From the human T2T-CHM13v2.0 reference genome, Homo sapiens: a stretch of 64,000 bases of DNA. The translations under genes were made by a program, and so were the position numbers. Under the pieces are notes generated by a model. It saw nothing but the letters and a program-made list of their open reading frames with translations. It searched no databases and had not been told where the DNA came from. Location of the stretch: assembly GCA_009914755.4 (NCBI GenBank), contig CP086569.2, positions 16,352,001-16,416,000 on the forward strand, read 5' to 3'. Below are positions 11,301 to 23,143 of the stretch, one piece after another; within the stretch, counting starts at the first letter, position 1; every line of letters starts with the position of its first letter.

Positions 11301-11577
11301 GGATGTTGAAATAATACTAATCGTCAACATGTCTGGCTGGTTATCCCTTCTTAGGTATTTGTATTTTGGGATACTCTGAGTTTTCTTCCTTTTAAACTTT
11401 TCAAATGTAACCTAACAGCTTTTATTTCTCTCTGTTAGCCATCGTCGGAAAAATATTTTTTTTGTCCCTGTTTATATTTCGTGTTCCTTTATATGTGAAT
11501 GGTATATTCACATTTAAGGACAAGGATTGGACCTTTTGCGAAGAGGAAATAAGAGAACTTTAAGACTTTAGAAACGT

Positions 11578-11884
11578 GGCCTGGCGCGGTGGCTCATGCC
11601 TGTAATCTCAGTATTTTGGGAAGCTGAGGCTGGCGCATCACTTGAAGTCGGGAGTTCAAGAGCAGCCTGGTTAACATGGTGAAACCCCGTGTCGACTAAA
11701 AATACAAAAATTAGCCGGATATGATGGCACGGTCCTGTAATCCCCGCTACTCAGAGGCTGAGGCAGGAGAGTCGCTTCAACTTGGGAGTCAGAGGTTGCA
11801 GTGAGCTGAGATTGTGCCATTGCACTCCAGCCTGGGCGACACAGCAAGACTCCGCCTCAGAAAAAAAAAAAAAAAAAAAAAAAA
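11578..11884 (+). mobile_element. Alu SINE, full length with poly(A) tail
   Basis: ggcctggcgcggtggctcatgcctgtaatctcag...gcactccagcctgggcgacacagcaagactccgcctcag(a)25. Confidence 0.95.
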
Positions 11885-11893
11885 CAGCAAAAA

Positions 11894-12037
11894 CGTCAGT
11901 GGCTCACATCTGTAATCCCAGTACTTAGAGAGGTGGAGGTGGGGGTTGGGAGGTAGCTTGAGCCCAGAAGTTTAAGACATGCCTGGGCAGTATAGCGAGA
12001 CCCCATTATCCACAAGCGAGGAAAAAGACAAAAAACA
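11894..12037 (+). mobile_element. Alu monomer-like fragment (FLAM/left-arm-like) directly downstream of the preceding Alu
   Basis: gtcagtggctcacatctgtaatcccagtacttagagaggtggaggtggg..agcttgagcccagaagtttaagacatgcctgggcagtatagcgagacccca. Confidence 0.7.
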
Positions 12038-12375
12038 GGTATAACGACATTAGGGTATATTTCTAGTTTAGTGCCTACATGGTGGACGGGAGTATGCTTG
12101 GATTCAGCAAGAACACTTACCACCTATGATAGACAAAGTGCCCCTGTGTCTGTTTCTTCCTGGGTAAAAATGGAGGTGATACAGGAGGTGAGGCAGGTCA
12201 AGCCCTTGGTACTAATGCATAGTATATAGTCAATAAAATTATGTGTTTTTAGAGTTGATATTATAAGAGAGCTTCCCCCTTTAATGCAATCTTGATTTCC
12301 CTTTGAGGACTCTTGATTACAGAGAAGGCAATTTATGAGCAAATTCGGAAGGGACTTGTGACTCAAATGCAGTCA

Positions 12376-12770
12376 TTCATGGTTTCTGTATTAGTTTGCT
12401 ATAGCTGCCATAGTAATGTACCACAAACTAAGTGACCTAAACAGCAGACATACATTGTCTCACAGATTTGGAGGCCAGAAGTCCCAGATCAAGATGTCAG
12501 CAGGCTTAGTTCCTTTTGCGGGCTGTGAGGAAAGGACTTATTCCAGGCCTCTCTCCTCACCTTGATCGTGGCTTTCCTTTCCCTGTAACTTGTCCTCTCA
12601 TCTTCCCTCTGTTTGTATCTCTGTATCCAAATTTTCTCCTTTTAACAGAACACCAGTCTTACTGGACTGAGGACCACCTTAATGACTACATTTTAATTTT
12701 ATTTCCTTTGACAAGAACCTGTTTCCAAATAAGGTCACATTTGAAGTAGTGGGGAAGAGGACTCCAACAT
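12376..12770 (+). mobile_element. Ancient LTR-like interspersed repeat (family with ..tagctgccataacaaa.taccacaaact.agtg.cttaaa..cacagttctggaggccagaagtcc..; other copies at 25440-25700 minus and 42390-42790 plus)
   Basis: gtattagtttgctatagctgccatagtaatgtaccacaaactaagtgacctaaacagcagacatacattgtctcacagatttggaggccagaagtcccagatcaagatgtcagcagg...aaggtcacatttgaagtagtgggg. Confidence 0.55.
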
Positions 12771-14447
12771 ATCTTTTTGTGGAACACAATTCCACAATAG
12801 ATGCATTCCACACACATTGCTGTGGTATCTACAGTAAGTGTGACAGTATTTCCCACCTGGAGTCTTAAGAATTCTGCCTCCCAGTTTCTTTCCATTCTCT
12901 GGAAACAAAAGGATGCACACATATCATAATTACAATTATTTTTTGGTATCATAACCATGTCACATTTCTGTTTAGTCATTAAGTTCAAAAAGTATTTTTC
13001 AAAGAGGAAAAAGGCCCCAGTGCCATTTGATGAAATGACAAAGCCTCACAGCAGTTGTGGAAGAGACATATTGAGAAACCTTATGTACTTCAGCTCTCCA
13101 CAGATGTGAAAACATGGTTCACATCATTTTTAAATAAATCTTACATTCTATGCTTTCTAGTAACATGCCCTTGCATAACATGGAAGACTCCTCTGCTTAA
13201 AAAAGCAAATTATGTGAATGTTTCTCTGTCACAAGCTGGATTGGAAAAGAATAATATTTTGTTCTAATGATGTGGTATGTACACATACAAAAAGTTGGTT
13301 TTTAGCTTTTCATAATTCTCCAACAGCCAAAGATGCACAGCTTTTATGCGGATGGGGATTCTGCATTTCCTTCCATGAATTATAGTTTATTTTTGTACAA
13401 TTGTGTTTTCCCCATGGGACAATAATTTGCTTTTCCTGACAACTGTAAGATACAATAGAAATAATCCAGTAAACTACAGTATGGTGGCATCAAAAGCACA
13501 TTAACAACTGATGGAACAAATAAATAGATTGTCTTCTTTCACACAAGATACAAACTTACACATGCCATTCATTGTGTGTGTTTTTATACCATCCTGTATG
13601 AAGTCTTTAGTTTATTTCAAATTTCTTAGTTTGCGCTTCTGGTTCTTGTGTCTCTGTGCTTTTGTTATCTGTTGTATTTGGTTTCCACTTTGCTATATCT
13701 GTTTTCTGTGAGCCTCTTTTTCCCCATTCTTCACTTTACTTTTCTGAGTTACACATCTTCCCCAGCATAGATGAAATGTGGTAAGTTGGACTAGAGACCA
13801 TCTTTTTCAGTGGCTGTCCACTGTCCACTTTTCTTGATGATGCTGAAAGACCAGAAAGCTCTGACTTCTGTCTGATGAGGCCTCAATTAGAGCTCCTCAT
13901 TGCAGATTTACCTGCCATCTTCCCCTGTATAGTTGTCTTGGCAATGCTAACCTAAGGAGTTTTTTGCTTCAGCGGCACTAAATTTTCTCACCTTTTCCCG
14001 TTGCTGGTTTCCTCCAAGCCCAGCGAGCTCTGGAAGGGAGCCTGACATAGATGGCTGAATTCGCCACTCCTGGCTTTGTACTCTAGTATATATCTGGTAC
14101 TTTTGTCGGGTGGGTCATTATTTTTGAATGCCTTCACCATCAGACTGCAATCTGACTCTGAGCAAGAGGACCAGTTTGCTTCTCCGGAATGGTGGACAAC
14201 AGATAGGATCTGAACTGGCAGCGTCAGCATCCCCTGGGAGCTGGCTAGAAATGCAGAATCCCAGCCACTACCCCCAGAGCAACCGATTCAGCGTCTGCCT
14301 TTCAACAAGGGCATCCAATGTTCTGGACCACTGACCCCCTCCTGGGGTATACCAGCTACTTCATTGTGGGGAGGGGGCTTATGAGAAGCTCTACTTAGGA
14401 TTACTATTTTAATATAAAGAAGTAGCAAATATGTTAAGCTTTACAAA

Positions 14448-14745
14448 CATTTATTTTATTTTATTTTTTGAGATAGGGTCTTGCTGTGTTATCCAGGCTG
14501 GAGTGCAGTGGTGTGTGATCTTGGCTTGCTGCAAACCCCTCCTCTTTCATTCAAGGGATCCTCCCACCTCAACCTCTGGAGCAGCTGCTACCACAGGTGC
14601 CTGCCACTATGCCCAGCTAATTTTTGTATATTTGTTAGTAGAGGCTATGTTAGCCAGGCTGGTCTCGAACTCCTAACCTCAAGCGATCCACCCACCTCGG
14701 CCCCCAAAATGCTGGAATTACAGGTGCGAGCCACCGCACTCAGCC
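14448..14745 (-). mobile_element. Alu SINE
   Basis: tttattttattttttgagatagggtcttgctgtgttatccaggctggagtgcagtggtgtgtgatc...cccaaaatgctggaattacaggtgcgagccaccgcactcagcc. Confidence 0.9.
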
Positions 14746-15329
14746 CTGACATTTAATATTTGTGTGAACACTGGTCAATGTTCTTGTGTCCTGGTCTTTC
14801 CTGCAGGTATTCTTGCAGAGAGGAGGGAAGACATCATTGCTGTCAACCATTTTATTTGATTTCAGCATAGTGCAATGTACATATTAAGGTAAAGTGTATT
14901 TACAGCTTATATTATTTAACTTTTAAAATAACTCTCAAAAAATGGACGGACGTATTAAATACATACCTATGAAAATAACAAAATGTAGCTTCCAATTAAT
15001 AAAAAGAAAGTAGAAATTCCAGCATCAGCTTTATAGTCTTCATTAATGATTAAAAATCATGTTTTATAATATCCATAATGTTAATGCCTAAGTAGACATA
15101 CACTACTCTAAAATAGCACATATGAAGGTAGGATGTGCGCTTCAGAAATGTGGGGAAGTGAGGCATGTGGTCAGACCCTAACATGCATTTGAATGTCCTC
15201 TGTCCTCCCAGGATTCTCACTCACTAGACGTGACTGGCCATCTGAGAGAGGGGCTCAGGCTTCATCACACCCCACCCTTTATCATCGTATTGTTCCAGGA
15301 TTTAGGGTTCCTGACTTCAAACAATTCCC

Positions 15330-15960
15330 TCCTCGCTTGCCACTCTCTCCCTTTCTCCTTCCTTCCCTTCCTTTCCTCCTTTCTTCCTCATTTTCTGTCC
15401 TCTTAGACTCCCTCCCTTTCTCCTTCCCTCCCTTTCTTTCCCCCTCTCTTCCTTTGTCTTTCCCCTGTCTTCCTTTTTCTCTTCCTTCTTTCCTGTCCTC
15501 CTCCTTGACTCCCTTCTTCTCTTCTTGCTGCCTTTCCTTTCCCCTTCACTGTTTCTCTGCCTTCCTTGATGCTCTCCTTTACTCTCCCTCTCTCCTTTCT
15601 TCTGTTCCTCCTCCTCTCTTTCCATCTTCCTCCTAACCTCCTCCTCAACTCTCTCCCTGTCTCCTTCCTTCCTTTCCTTTCCTTCTTCTCTTTTTCCCTG
15701 TCTTCCTTCCTGACCTCCTCCTCAACTCCCTTTCTCTCTTCTTCCCTCCCTTCATTTCCTCCTTCTCTCTTTCCCTATTGTCCTTCCTTTCCTCCTTGAC
15801 TCCCTCCATCTCTGCTTCCTTCACTTCCTTCTGTCCTTCTCTCTTTTCCTGTCTTCCTGTCCTCCTCCTAAACTGCCTCCTCCTCTTCTGCCCTCCCTCC
15901 CTCTTTTCCTTTTTTCTTTCCCTCCTGATGTTTCCTCTGGCATAGCCCCCTCCCTCCAGG
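15330..15960. repeat. ~630-bp polypyrimidine (CT-rich, plus strand) / polypurine low-complexity tract
   Basis: Continuous ctccctttctccttccttcccttcctttcctcc... with almost no A or G on the plus strand; gives the artefactual K/R/E-rich minus-strand ORFs and S/L/P/F-rich plus-strand ORFs in the track. Confidence 0.9.
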
Positions 15961-17726
15961 ACCTGCGAGGGGTCCGTGTGCCCATAATGGATACAACTGG
16001 GGATGCCAGCATCTTGGGCCTCTACAGTGTCTTGCACCACATTCACCAGGAGGGGTGCCCACTGGCCCTGCCCACTGAAGCTTCTCTCCTTGAGTGGAAT
16101 CACAGCTGGAGCTCACCATGCAGAGTGCTGAGTGCCATCTCTAATGTGCACCTTGCATCATCACTGCTTCTTAATAAAACACATGCTCACCTGCAAGGCT
16201 CTTAGTCCTGTCACATTTTGTGCAAGTTGCTTGTTGCTCTGTTCACTTTTCAGAAGTGTTTATAAAGGCCATGTGCTGAGAGTCTGAGATGAAACAGTGA
16301 TTAGCTGTTCATGGTAAAAACTGGCTTGTTTCATAACAACAATTGTAATAGCCACCAGCTGTCATATAATTAGGATATACTCACAACTTTATAAATGATC
16401 TCTTATTTCATTGGCTCAGCAACTTTGCAAGGTAGACAGTGGAGTGCTTCTTCTTACAGAAATAAAGAAATGGAGCTTGAGGGAAGCCAGGTACCTTGCC
16501 ACAAGTCGTATAACTAAAAACAATCAGGATGGAGAGTTGAACCTCCATTGGTCTTCCTTTCTCAAAAAAAGAGCCAAAAGGCAAAATCTATTATTATGTT
16601 TTCTATGCCTTTTCAAAATTTCTTAAATGGTAAGTAATTAATACCACATGTGAATAGATAATATCAAAATCAAATACAAATATGACTGTCCAATTAAAGG
16701 GGGGGAAACAATAAGGAGAAGGAAGCTTCAAAAAATAAACAAGAAACATTAGTTTTCTGCAATTCTGATATCAGTGGAGCATGTCGGTGATAACATGGTC
16801 CTGCTAGTCATTTCTAGAATCGAAAGTTTTTAGCTTTATTTTACTTCCATTCAACTCCTGTGCTTCCTGGTGCAAGCTAACATCTGGAGAGAACAGAAAG
16901 TTGGTTGCATAGCCACTTCCCTCAGCTTCCCCATAATCACATTAACCTGGAAAATGTGCTGAATAGGTCCTTGCTTCCTCAATCCACAAGCCATGTGTTC
17001 ACTTGAAACTCCCATTTCTGTGGTCAGTGATGGTCTTCCCATTTTTTTTTAAACACAATTCCCATACTTACTCAACAGAGAACATCACACATGCTCTTAA
17101 AAAAGAAAGTAGTATCTCGCTCAAACGCACATTAGAAATGCCAGACGGCTGTTAGGCATAGGATCCATTGTGATTTAAATTCTGCCTCACCCACTGACTT
17201 TCTTGAAGCAATCATTCAGTAAGGCTGTGGGACTTTTCCAAGTCACTGTGACACAAAACACATTTGAAAAGCAGAATAAATTTACAAGGTAAAATTCAGA
17301 GAATGAGATTCTTAGGTACTTCCAATAGTTAAGATTTTTAAAAACTTGAAACAGGATGTGTGTATATATGTATACACATAAATAAAGTATATAATCTATA
17401 TAAATAACATTGCTGTGTGTGATTTTTAAAAACTTAAGAGGAAATGCCTTTATATATAACTTACATATGTTTAATTTGTATATATTCACAAATTTACATA
17501 TTTTATTAAAAATAATGCAAGTGCATGTAATTAAGAAAGTTAAGAAGAAAGATGATTATAGTAGGTTCTCACTTAACATTGTTGGTAGGCTTTTTGAAAC
17601 TGTGACTTCAAGCAAAGTTGTGCACAACAAAACCAATTTTTCTCTCTTCAACTTTATAACAAAATATTGTTGAATGAAACAACCTGCTGTATATTGGTCT
17701 TCTTAAAGTTGCAATTTCTAAGAATC

Positions 17727-18011
17727 GGCCAGGTGTGGAAGCTCACACCTGTAATCCCATCACTTTGGGAGGCCAAGGCAGGTGGATTGCTTAAGTTCAG
17801 GAGTTCAAGACCAGCCTAGGTAACATGATGAAACCCCATCTCTACCAAAAAGTACAAAAATTAGCCAGGTGTGATGGCATGCACCTGTAGTCCCAGCTGC
17901 TTTCCAGGATGAGGTGTGAGGATCACTTAACCCTGGGAGGTCAAGGCTGCAATGAGCTCTGGTCATGACCAGTCTGGGAGCCATAGAGAGACCCTATCTC
18001 AAAAGAAAAAA
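17727..18011 (+). mobile_element. Alu SINE
   Basis: ggccaggtgtggaagctcacacctgtaatcccatcactttgggaggccaaggcaggtgg...gaccctatctcaaaagaaaaaaa. Confidence 0.9.
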
Positions 18012-18110
18012 ATTCTGAGAATCTATTGATGCTAAGTGAGGACTTATTGTATTTATGAGTTAAATATATTTATTACTTTTTTACACACACATATAGATAC
18101 ATGCATGTGT

Positions 18111-18113
<3 letters not shown>

Positions 18114-18154
<41 letters not shown>
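18114..18154. repeat. Poly(T) homopolymer, ~41 nt
   Basis: tggattttt(t)n..agctgg. Confidence 0.9.
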
Positions 18155-18156
<2 letters not shown>

Positions 18157-18596
18157 CTGGCTCTTGCTTCTTTGGAAGTATGTGTGGTTTTAACAAACTT
18201 AAGATGAAAGGTCTTTATATATAATATATGTATGTATTTTGTTTTACCTGTTTAATTTTGTTCTTTTGTGGGCACATTTTAATTGAATATGTTTATTTGA
18301 TTGTTGTTGTATCAACATAAAATGATAACATTTGGAAAGCATCTATTTCAAGTCATTTTCCTAGGGCCATTGAAACCACTCTGAGAGAATCTTAGAGGCA
18401 ATCAATTTCGATGACTCCATCCTTCTGGAGTAAACTTGGATACCAGTTAAAGAAAGGTAATTTACCAGGACTTGGGTTTTGGTTTAATAATAAAGCTATA
18501 GCTTGAAACACGGAAATGCAATATAGCAAGGAAAAGGCTGTGATTAAACCTGTTCCTGAAGAATGGGAAGGGAATGATAATTAAAAACCACAAATA

Positions 18597-18897
18597 GGCC
18601 AGGTGTGGTGGTTCACGCCTGTAATCCTAATACTTTGGGAGGCTGAGGTGGGTGGATTGCCTGAGCTCTGGAGTTCGAGACCAGCCTGGGCAACATTGTG
18701 AAACCCTGTCTCTACTAAAAACACAAAAATAGCCCAGCATGGTGGCATTTGCTTATAGTTACAGTTACTTGGAAAACTGAGGCAGAAGAATTGCTTGAAC
18801 CCAGGAGGTGGAGGTTGCAGTGAGCCGAGATTGTGCCATTGCACTCCAGCCTGGGCAAGAGAGTGAGACTCTGTCTCAAGAAAAAAAAAAAAAAAAT
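18597..18897 (+). mobile_element. Alu SINE, full length
   Basis: ggccaggtgtggtggttcacgcctgtaatcctaatactttgggaggctgaggtgggtgg...gcactccagcctgggcaagagagtgagactctgtctcaag(a)15. Confidence 0.95.
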
Positions 18898-20783
18898 ACA
18901 AGGACGGTCCCCAAATGACAGATATGAGAGCACATTTGGTTTTTTAATGTTTCTAGACTTTATGAAAGTGACAAATGGCTTGGAAGAAAATAGTTGAGCC
19001 CATTGTGAATGTATATAGAGCTCACCGCAGATTATTTTTTGCAGTTGTGGATGATGCAATAAGGAGACTATAAGCTGGATTCTGGGGCTCCAGGCCTGTT
19101 CCTTCTGCATGGCTAAGAGGAGAACCCTTCGGTGAGCACCTTGTTGCTCTCATCCCACTTGCCTGATGTGCATTGAGATGCTTGTTCCTTGATTCAGGGC
19201 CCTAATTATCAAGCCTAGGAATTTGCTCATGCAATTGCTGCATGCCCAGTCTTTGAGAATGAGTCTTTGCTTGTTAATCTCTGATTGCATGTGCCCTTCT
19301 TCAGTGGGACTACAGGATTTTCTACCAACAGTCTCTCTAATGAGCTCTTTCTAGGTAGAGGCCTAAGCACAAAGAATGCCCAGTGTTAGCTGGTGGATTC
19401 CTGTGCAATGCTTCTGATGGTTGACAGAGTTATTAGGAATGTCAAACATCAGGTAGGTTCAACCCTGAACAATTTCATTAATTATCTACGCAGATTCATA
19501 TACCAAAGTCTGTGTTTTTCATGATCTTAAAGTACCATGGTTTTCATAGCTCTGTAAAGTAAGATCTTTTCACTTCTGCCCTCTCAAAATTGCCAAAAGG
19601 AAGCATCTATTTCTTTTTGCCAGGCAACATGCACTGGGACATTATACTAATCAGTAAAGGGTTATTGATTAGAGGGGCCTAGGATTTATACTTCTGCCTG
19701 CCTTACTGGTGAGAAATCTGTTGTCACAAGTGATTAAGCACTTTTTGGAGGTCACACAGCTAGTAGGTGCTAGAATCAGAATGCCATGTCTGTCTGACTC
19801 CAACGTCCCTGAACCGCATATTAAGATAAAGTATTCTGGGGAATATTTATGGTAACAGGATATTCATTTGACAGCATGGTCAAATGATATGCAAACAAAA
19901 ATGGCATCCTGTAAGAATTTTTCATGTAGATAGCCAGGAACCCTATGGATCTCTGGCCTCAAGCAAGAAGAGAAGTGGGACTTATGAAGAGGTTTCTGTG
20001 GCACTGTATCCTTACCTCTTCCCTAGTGGGTTTAGGTTTTCTTTTTCCTTGTTCCGTAAATGAAATACACACAAGTGACATGGCATGCCTGTCTCTTGGC
20101 CTCAGTCCAGTATGGAGGATTCAGCGACACCCCTCAGAGAGGTTGCTATTTAATTGTGCATCTGTTGGAGGCATAAGGGGCTGGCACCTGACCCCTGCCT
20201 GATGTGCTAAAGGGACTTCTGAGCTCATGGGCTAGGGGGGATGTGTTCATTTAGCTTTCACTTCCAGAGTCCTTCAAACTAATATGCATGCCTAGATAAC
20301 TTTAATGACTGGATGAGACCAGCAGGAGGAAAACTTCCTGCCATTTGGACTATTGGCCTACAAAATCTGCTGGGATGAGGAGGAGACCCTATCAGAGAGG
20401 CACCAGTGGAAAATCAGTTGGAGGGACAGAAGATACCACCAGTCTCTCAGGAGTTGCAGTTGGGGGCGATCCAGCTCGCTGGCTTCCAGGAACTTAAGAA
20501 AATGCCTTTTAGGATGGCCTAAAATGTTTTCATGTCAGTACCAATGACGTAAGAACTTTCTGTTCCTTTTTGCCTTCCTTTCCTGCTACTCTTCAGGTGG
20601 GGAGATGTGTAACCACAGCAGGGCGAATGAGGGAGGAGGACAGTTGAGAAAGCCAGTCACTTCCCTGTGTGTGCCCTCCATTTCAAGACCACAAAAAGCA
20701 TGCCTTAGCTGGGGGTAGGGTAGGGAAGAAAAGTAGTCTTACCTTGGAATTAAAACGGCCAAGATTTAGTATTGCATTCGACA

Positions 20784-20872
20784 TTTAATTTTGTCACCTA
20801 AGGGAGCTGACAAGCTCCATAAATTACCCCAGCTACCCAAGATTAATAACTTTATACTGAAAGGAAGTAAAT
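20784..20872 (+). repeat. Copy 1 of an ~89-bp direct repeat (copy 2 at 23144-23226)
   Basis: gtcacctaagggagctgacaagctccataaattaccccagctacccaagattaataactttatactgaaaggaagtaa vs gtcacctgagagagctgacaagctccataaattctcccagctacccaagattaataacgttatactgaaaggaagtaa. Confidence 0.7.
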
Positions 20873-20878
20873 ACATAC

Positions 20879-20885
<7 letters not shown>

Positions 20886-20912
<27 letters not shown>
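20886..20912. repeat. (TG)n microsatellite, ~13 units, followed by acacacac
   Basis: gtgtgtgtgtgtgtgtgtgtgtgtgtatacacacac. Confidence 0.9.
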
Positions 20913-20919
20913 ATACACA

Positions 20920-21197
20920 CACTTTAAGTCAGGGTCTTGCTGTGTCACCCGGTTTAGAGTGCACTGGCACAATCATGGCTCCCTGAAGCATCAAACTCCT
21001 GGGCTCAAGTGATTTTCCCACTTCAGCCTCCCGAGTAGTTGGGACCATAGGCATGTGCCACCATTTTTAGCTAAATATTTTGAGAGATGGTTTCTCGCTA
21101 TGTTGGCTAGGCTGGTCTTAAACCCCTGGCCTCGAGCAATCCTTCCACCTTGGCCTCCCAAAGAGCTGAGTTTACAAATGTGAACCACCATGCCCAG
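20920..21197 (-). mobile_element. Alu SINE (diverged, AluJ/S-like)
   Basis: gtcagggtcttgctgtgtcacccggtttagagtgcactggcacaatcatggctccctgaagc...cctcccaaagagctgagtttacaaatgtgaaccaccatgcccag. Confidence 0.85.
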
Positions 21198-21384
21198 AAA
21201 CAACAGAGACTTTATTTTGATTGGTATACTTGAGCTGGTTCAGGGACATCTGATGGATATAGAAAGAGACAAAAGATTTTTTGTATAGTACATTAATTAA
21301 TTCTGTTAACACAAAGCACATAAAATCAGAATGTTCTTCATCATAGTTTTGCCCTTTCCATTGATTGATTGATTGACTGATTGC

Positions 21385-21475
21385 TACCCGAGCTTCAGTA
21401 TTGAGACATGCTATCTCTCTGTTCAGTGATGCTGCCGGTACTGAGATACGCTGTCTCTCTATTCAGTGATGCTGC
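21385..21475. repeat. Tandem duplication of a ~40-bp unit (2 copies)
   Basis: tattgagacatgctatctctctgttcagtgatgctgcc / tactgagatacgctgtctctctattcagtgatgctgcc. Confidence 0.7.
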
Positions 21476-21784
21476 CATTGGTGTTTGTTGGACAATATTT
21501 CATTGAACCTAATTTGGAGGAAAAGATGTTTAGCTGTAGATACAATGAAGGGAATGTCAGCTCTTTCCAGCCTCATGTACTCCTGCTGCCGCGTCATGGG
21601 CAGCAGGGGTATTGCCTGTGTTGGCTGAGTTCATCGGTTTTCTCCTTACTGTTGCCTTTGATTTTGTCCTTTGGCATAGGTTCCTCTCTCCACTCCAAAA
21701 ACATATTCCAGAACTGAATTCCTGCAAAATTCTTTTAATTCTAAATGACCTCAAGTGAAACATTCCCCTTTCCTTTCCTAACAA

Positions 21785-21895
21785 ACTTCTCATGAAAGTG
21801 ATACTAGCTTTCTCTAGTCCTTCTCATGAAATTGATAACTGTCATTCTCTAGTCCTTCTCATTAAAGTGGTAACTAGCTTTCTCTATTTCTTCTC
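21785..21895. repeat. Tandem repeat, ~36-bp unit x3
   Basis: ttctcatgaaagtgatactagctttctctagtcc / ttctcatgaaattgataactgtcattctctagtcc / ttctcattaaagtggtaactagctttctctatttc. Confidence 0.7.
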
Positions 21896-22451
21896 CTCTG
21901 GTTACTTTCATATTCATTGGATCTCATGCATGGTACAGGTATTCAGACCCAGGTCTTTGATTTCAAAACTAACTGGCAATGGAACAGCAGGAAATGTCAA
22001 ATATGTCCCCACTTGTTAAAAAGTCATTTCTTGACAACTATTAGGCATCTGAGATTAGTTATCAATCTACTGTCAATGATTGAGTGCATCTAACAGGTTC
22101 AAAATACTGACTTTAAGAACTCATAGAAACAATAGTACAATGGCGGTTACCAGGGGCAGAGAGTGCAGGTGGAAGGATGGGGAGATGTTGGTTAAGGGGT
22201 ACAAGGTTTAAATTAGACAGCAGAAATACGTTCAGGAGATCCATTTTACAACATGGTGACTGAAGTTAATAGTAATTCATTGTATACTTGAAATGTGGTA
22301 AGGGAACAGAGCTTTAATGTTCTTAATCACAAAAACTGAGAAGTATATAAGGTGCTGGATATGTTAATTGATTTGATGTAATCATTCTACATTGTATGCA
22401 CATAAAGCACAGTCTTGGGATTATAATTACTAGAGAGTGTTCCTCATACTC

Positions 22452-22970
22452 TACAGCAGTGGTCCCCAGTCTTTGGGACCAGTTTTGTCAAAGACAAGTT
22501 CTCCCTGGACCTGGGGTGAGGGTTTATGGTTTTGGAATGATTTAAATGCATTACATTTATTGTGCACTTTATTTCTATTATTATATTACAATACATAATA
22601 AAATGTTATACAACTCACCAAAATGTAGCTGAGGTTCTTTTCCTACAACCACAGATGGTGCCATCTGGGGGTGATGGGAGACCACGATAGATCATCAGGC
22701 ATTAGCTTCTCATAAAGAGCACACAGCCTAGATCCCTCACATGTGCAGTTCATAATACGAGTCATGCTCCTGTGAGAATCTCATGCTGCCACTGACCTGA
22801 CAGGAGGTGGAGCTCAAGTGATAATGAGAGTGATGGGTAGTGGCTGTAAATATAGATGATGCTTCACTCCTTCACCCACTGCTCACCTCCTGCTGTGCAG
22901 CTAGGTTCTTAACAGGCCACGGACCAGTACCATTCCACGGCCCTGGGGCCAGGGATCCCTGCTCCACAGA
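22452..22970. mobile_element. Palindromic non-autonomous DNA transposon (MITE-like, ~520 bp), copy 1; family name not assigned
   Basis: Termini cagcagtggtccccagtctttgggaccagttttgtcaaagacaagtt...ccacggccctggggccagggatccctgctccacag are reverse complements of each other. Internal ..catcaggcattagcttctcataaagagcacacagcctagatccctcacatgtgcagttcataatacgagtcatgctcctgtgagaatctcatgctgccactgacctgacaggaggtggagctcaagtgataatg.. matches a common human DNA-transposon relic. Confidence 0.6.
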
Positions 22971-23143
22971 GTCAGCATTCGGGGGGATACAGCCTTCACT
23001 CTCGCATTCTCCAAAGCTCGCAGGCAAAAATTGGACATTGACTGTCCCAAGGTTACTTCTGCCTGTAAAACTAGGTGTCAATTTAATGAATGTTACTACC
23101 ATTGTCGGGGGAGTGGTAGTCAAACATTAGGTAATTTATAAAA

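Noticed and set aside
9908-12015. Shared 12-mer attatccacaag at ~9908 and ~12004, which suggested an LTR pair flanking the CpG-rich block
   Set aside because: No extended similarity around the 12-mers. About a hundred such chance 12-mer coincidences are expected in a 64-kb window.
15193-16119. Cluster of ORFs encoding K/R/E-rich (minus strand) and S/L/P/F-rich (plus strand) peptides of 77-152 aa
   Set aside because: They lie entirely within the 630-bp CT/GA homopurine-homopyrimidine tract. Low-complexity composition trivially avoids stop codons.
18036-18224. ORF with a poly-Phe run
   Set aside because: It is the translation of the (T)41 homopolymer.
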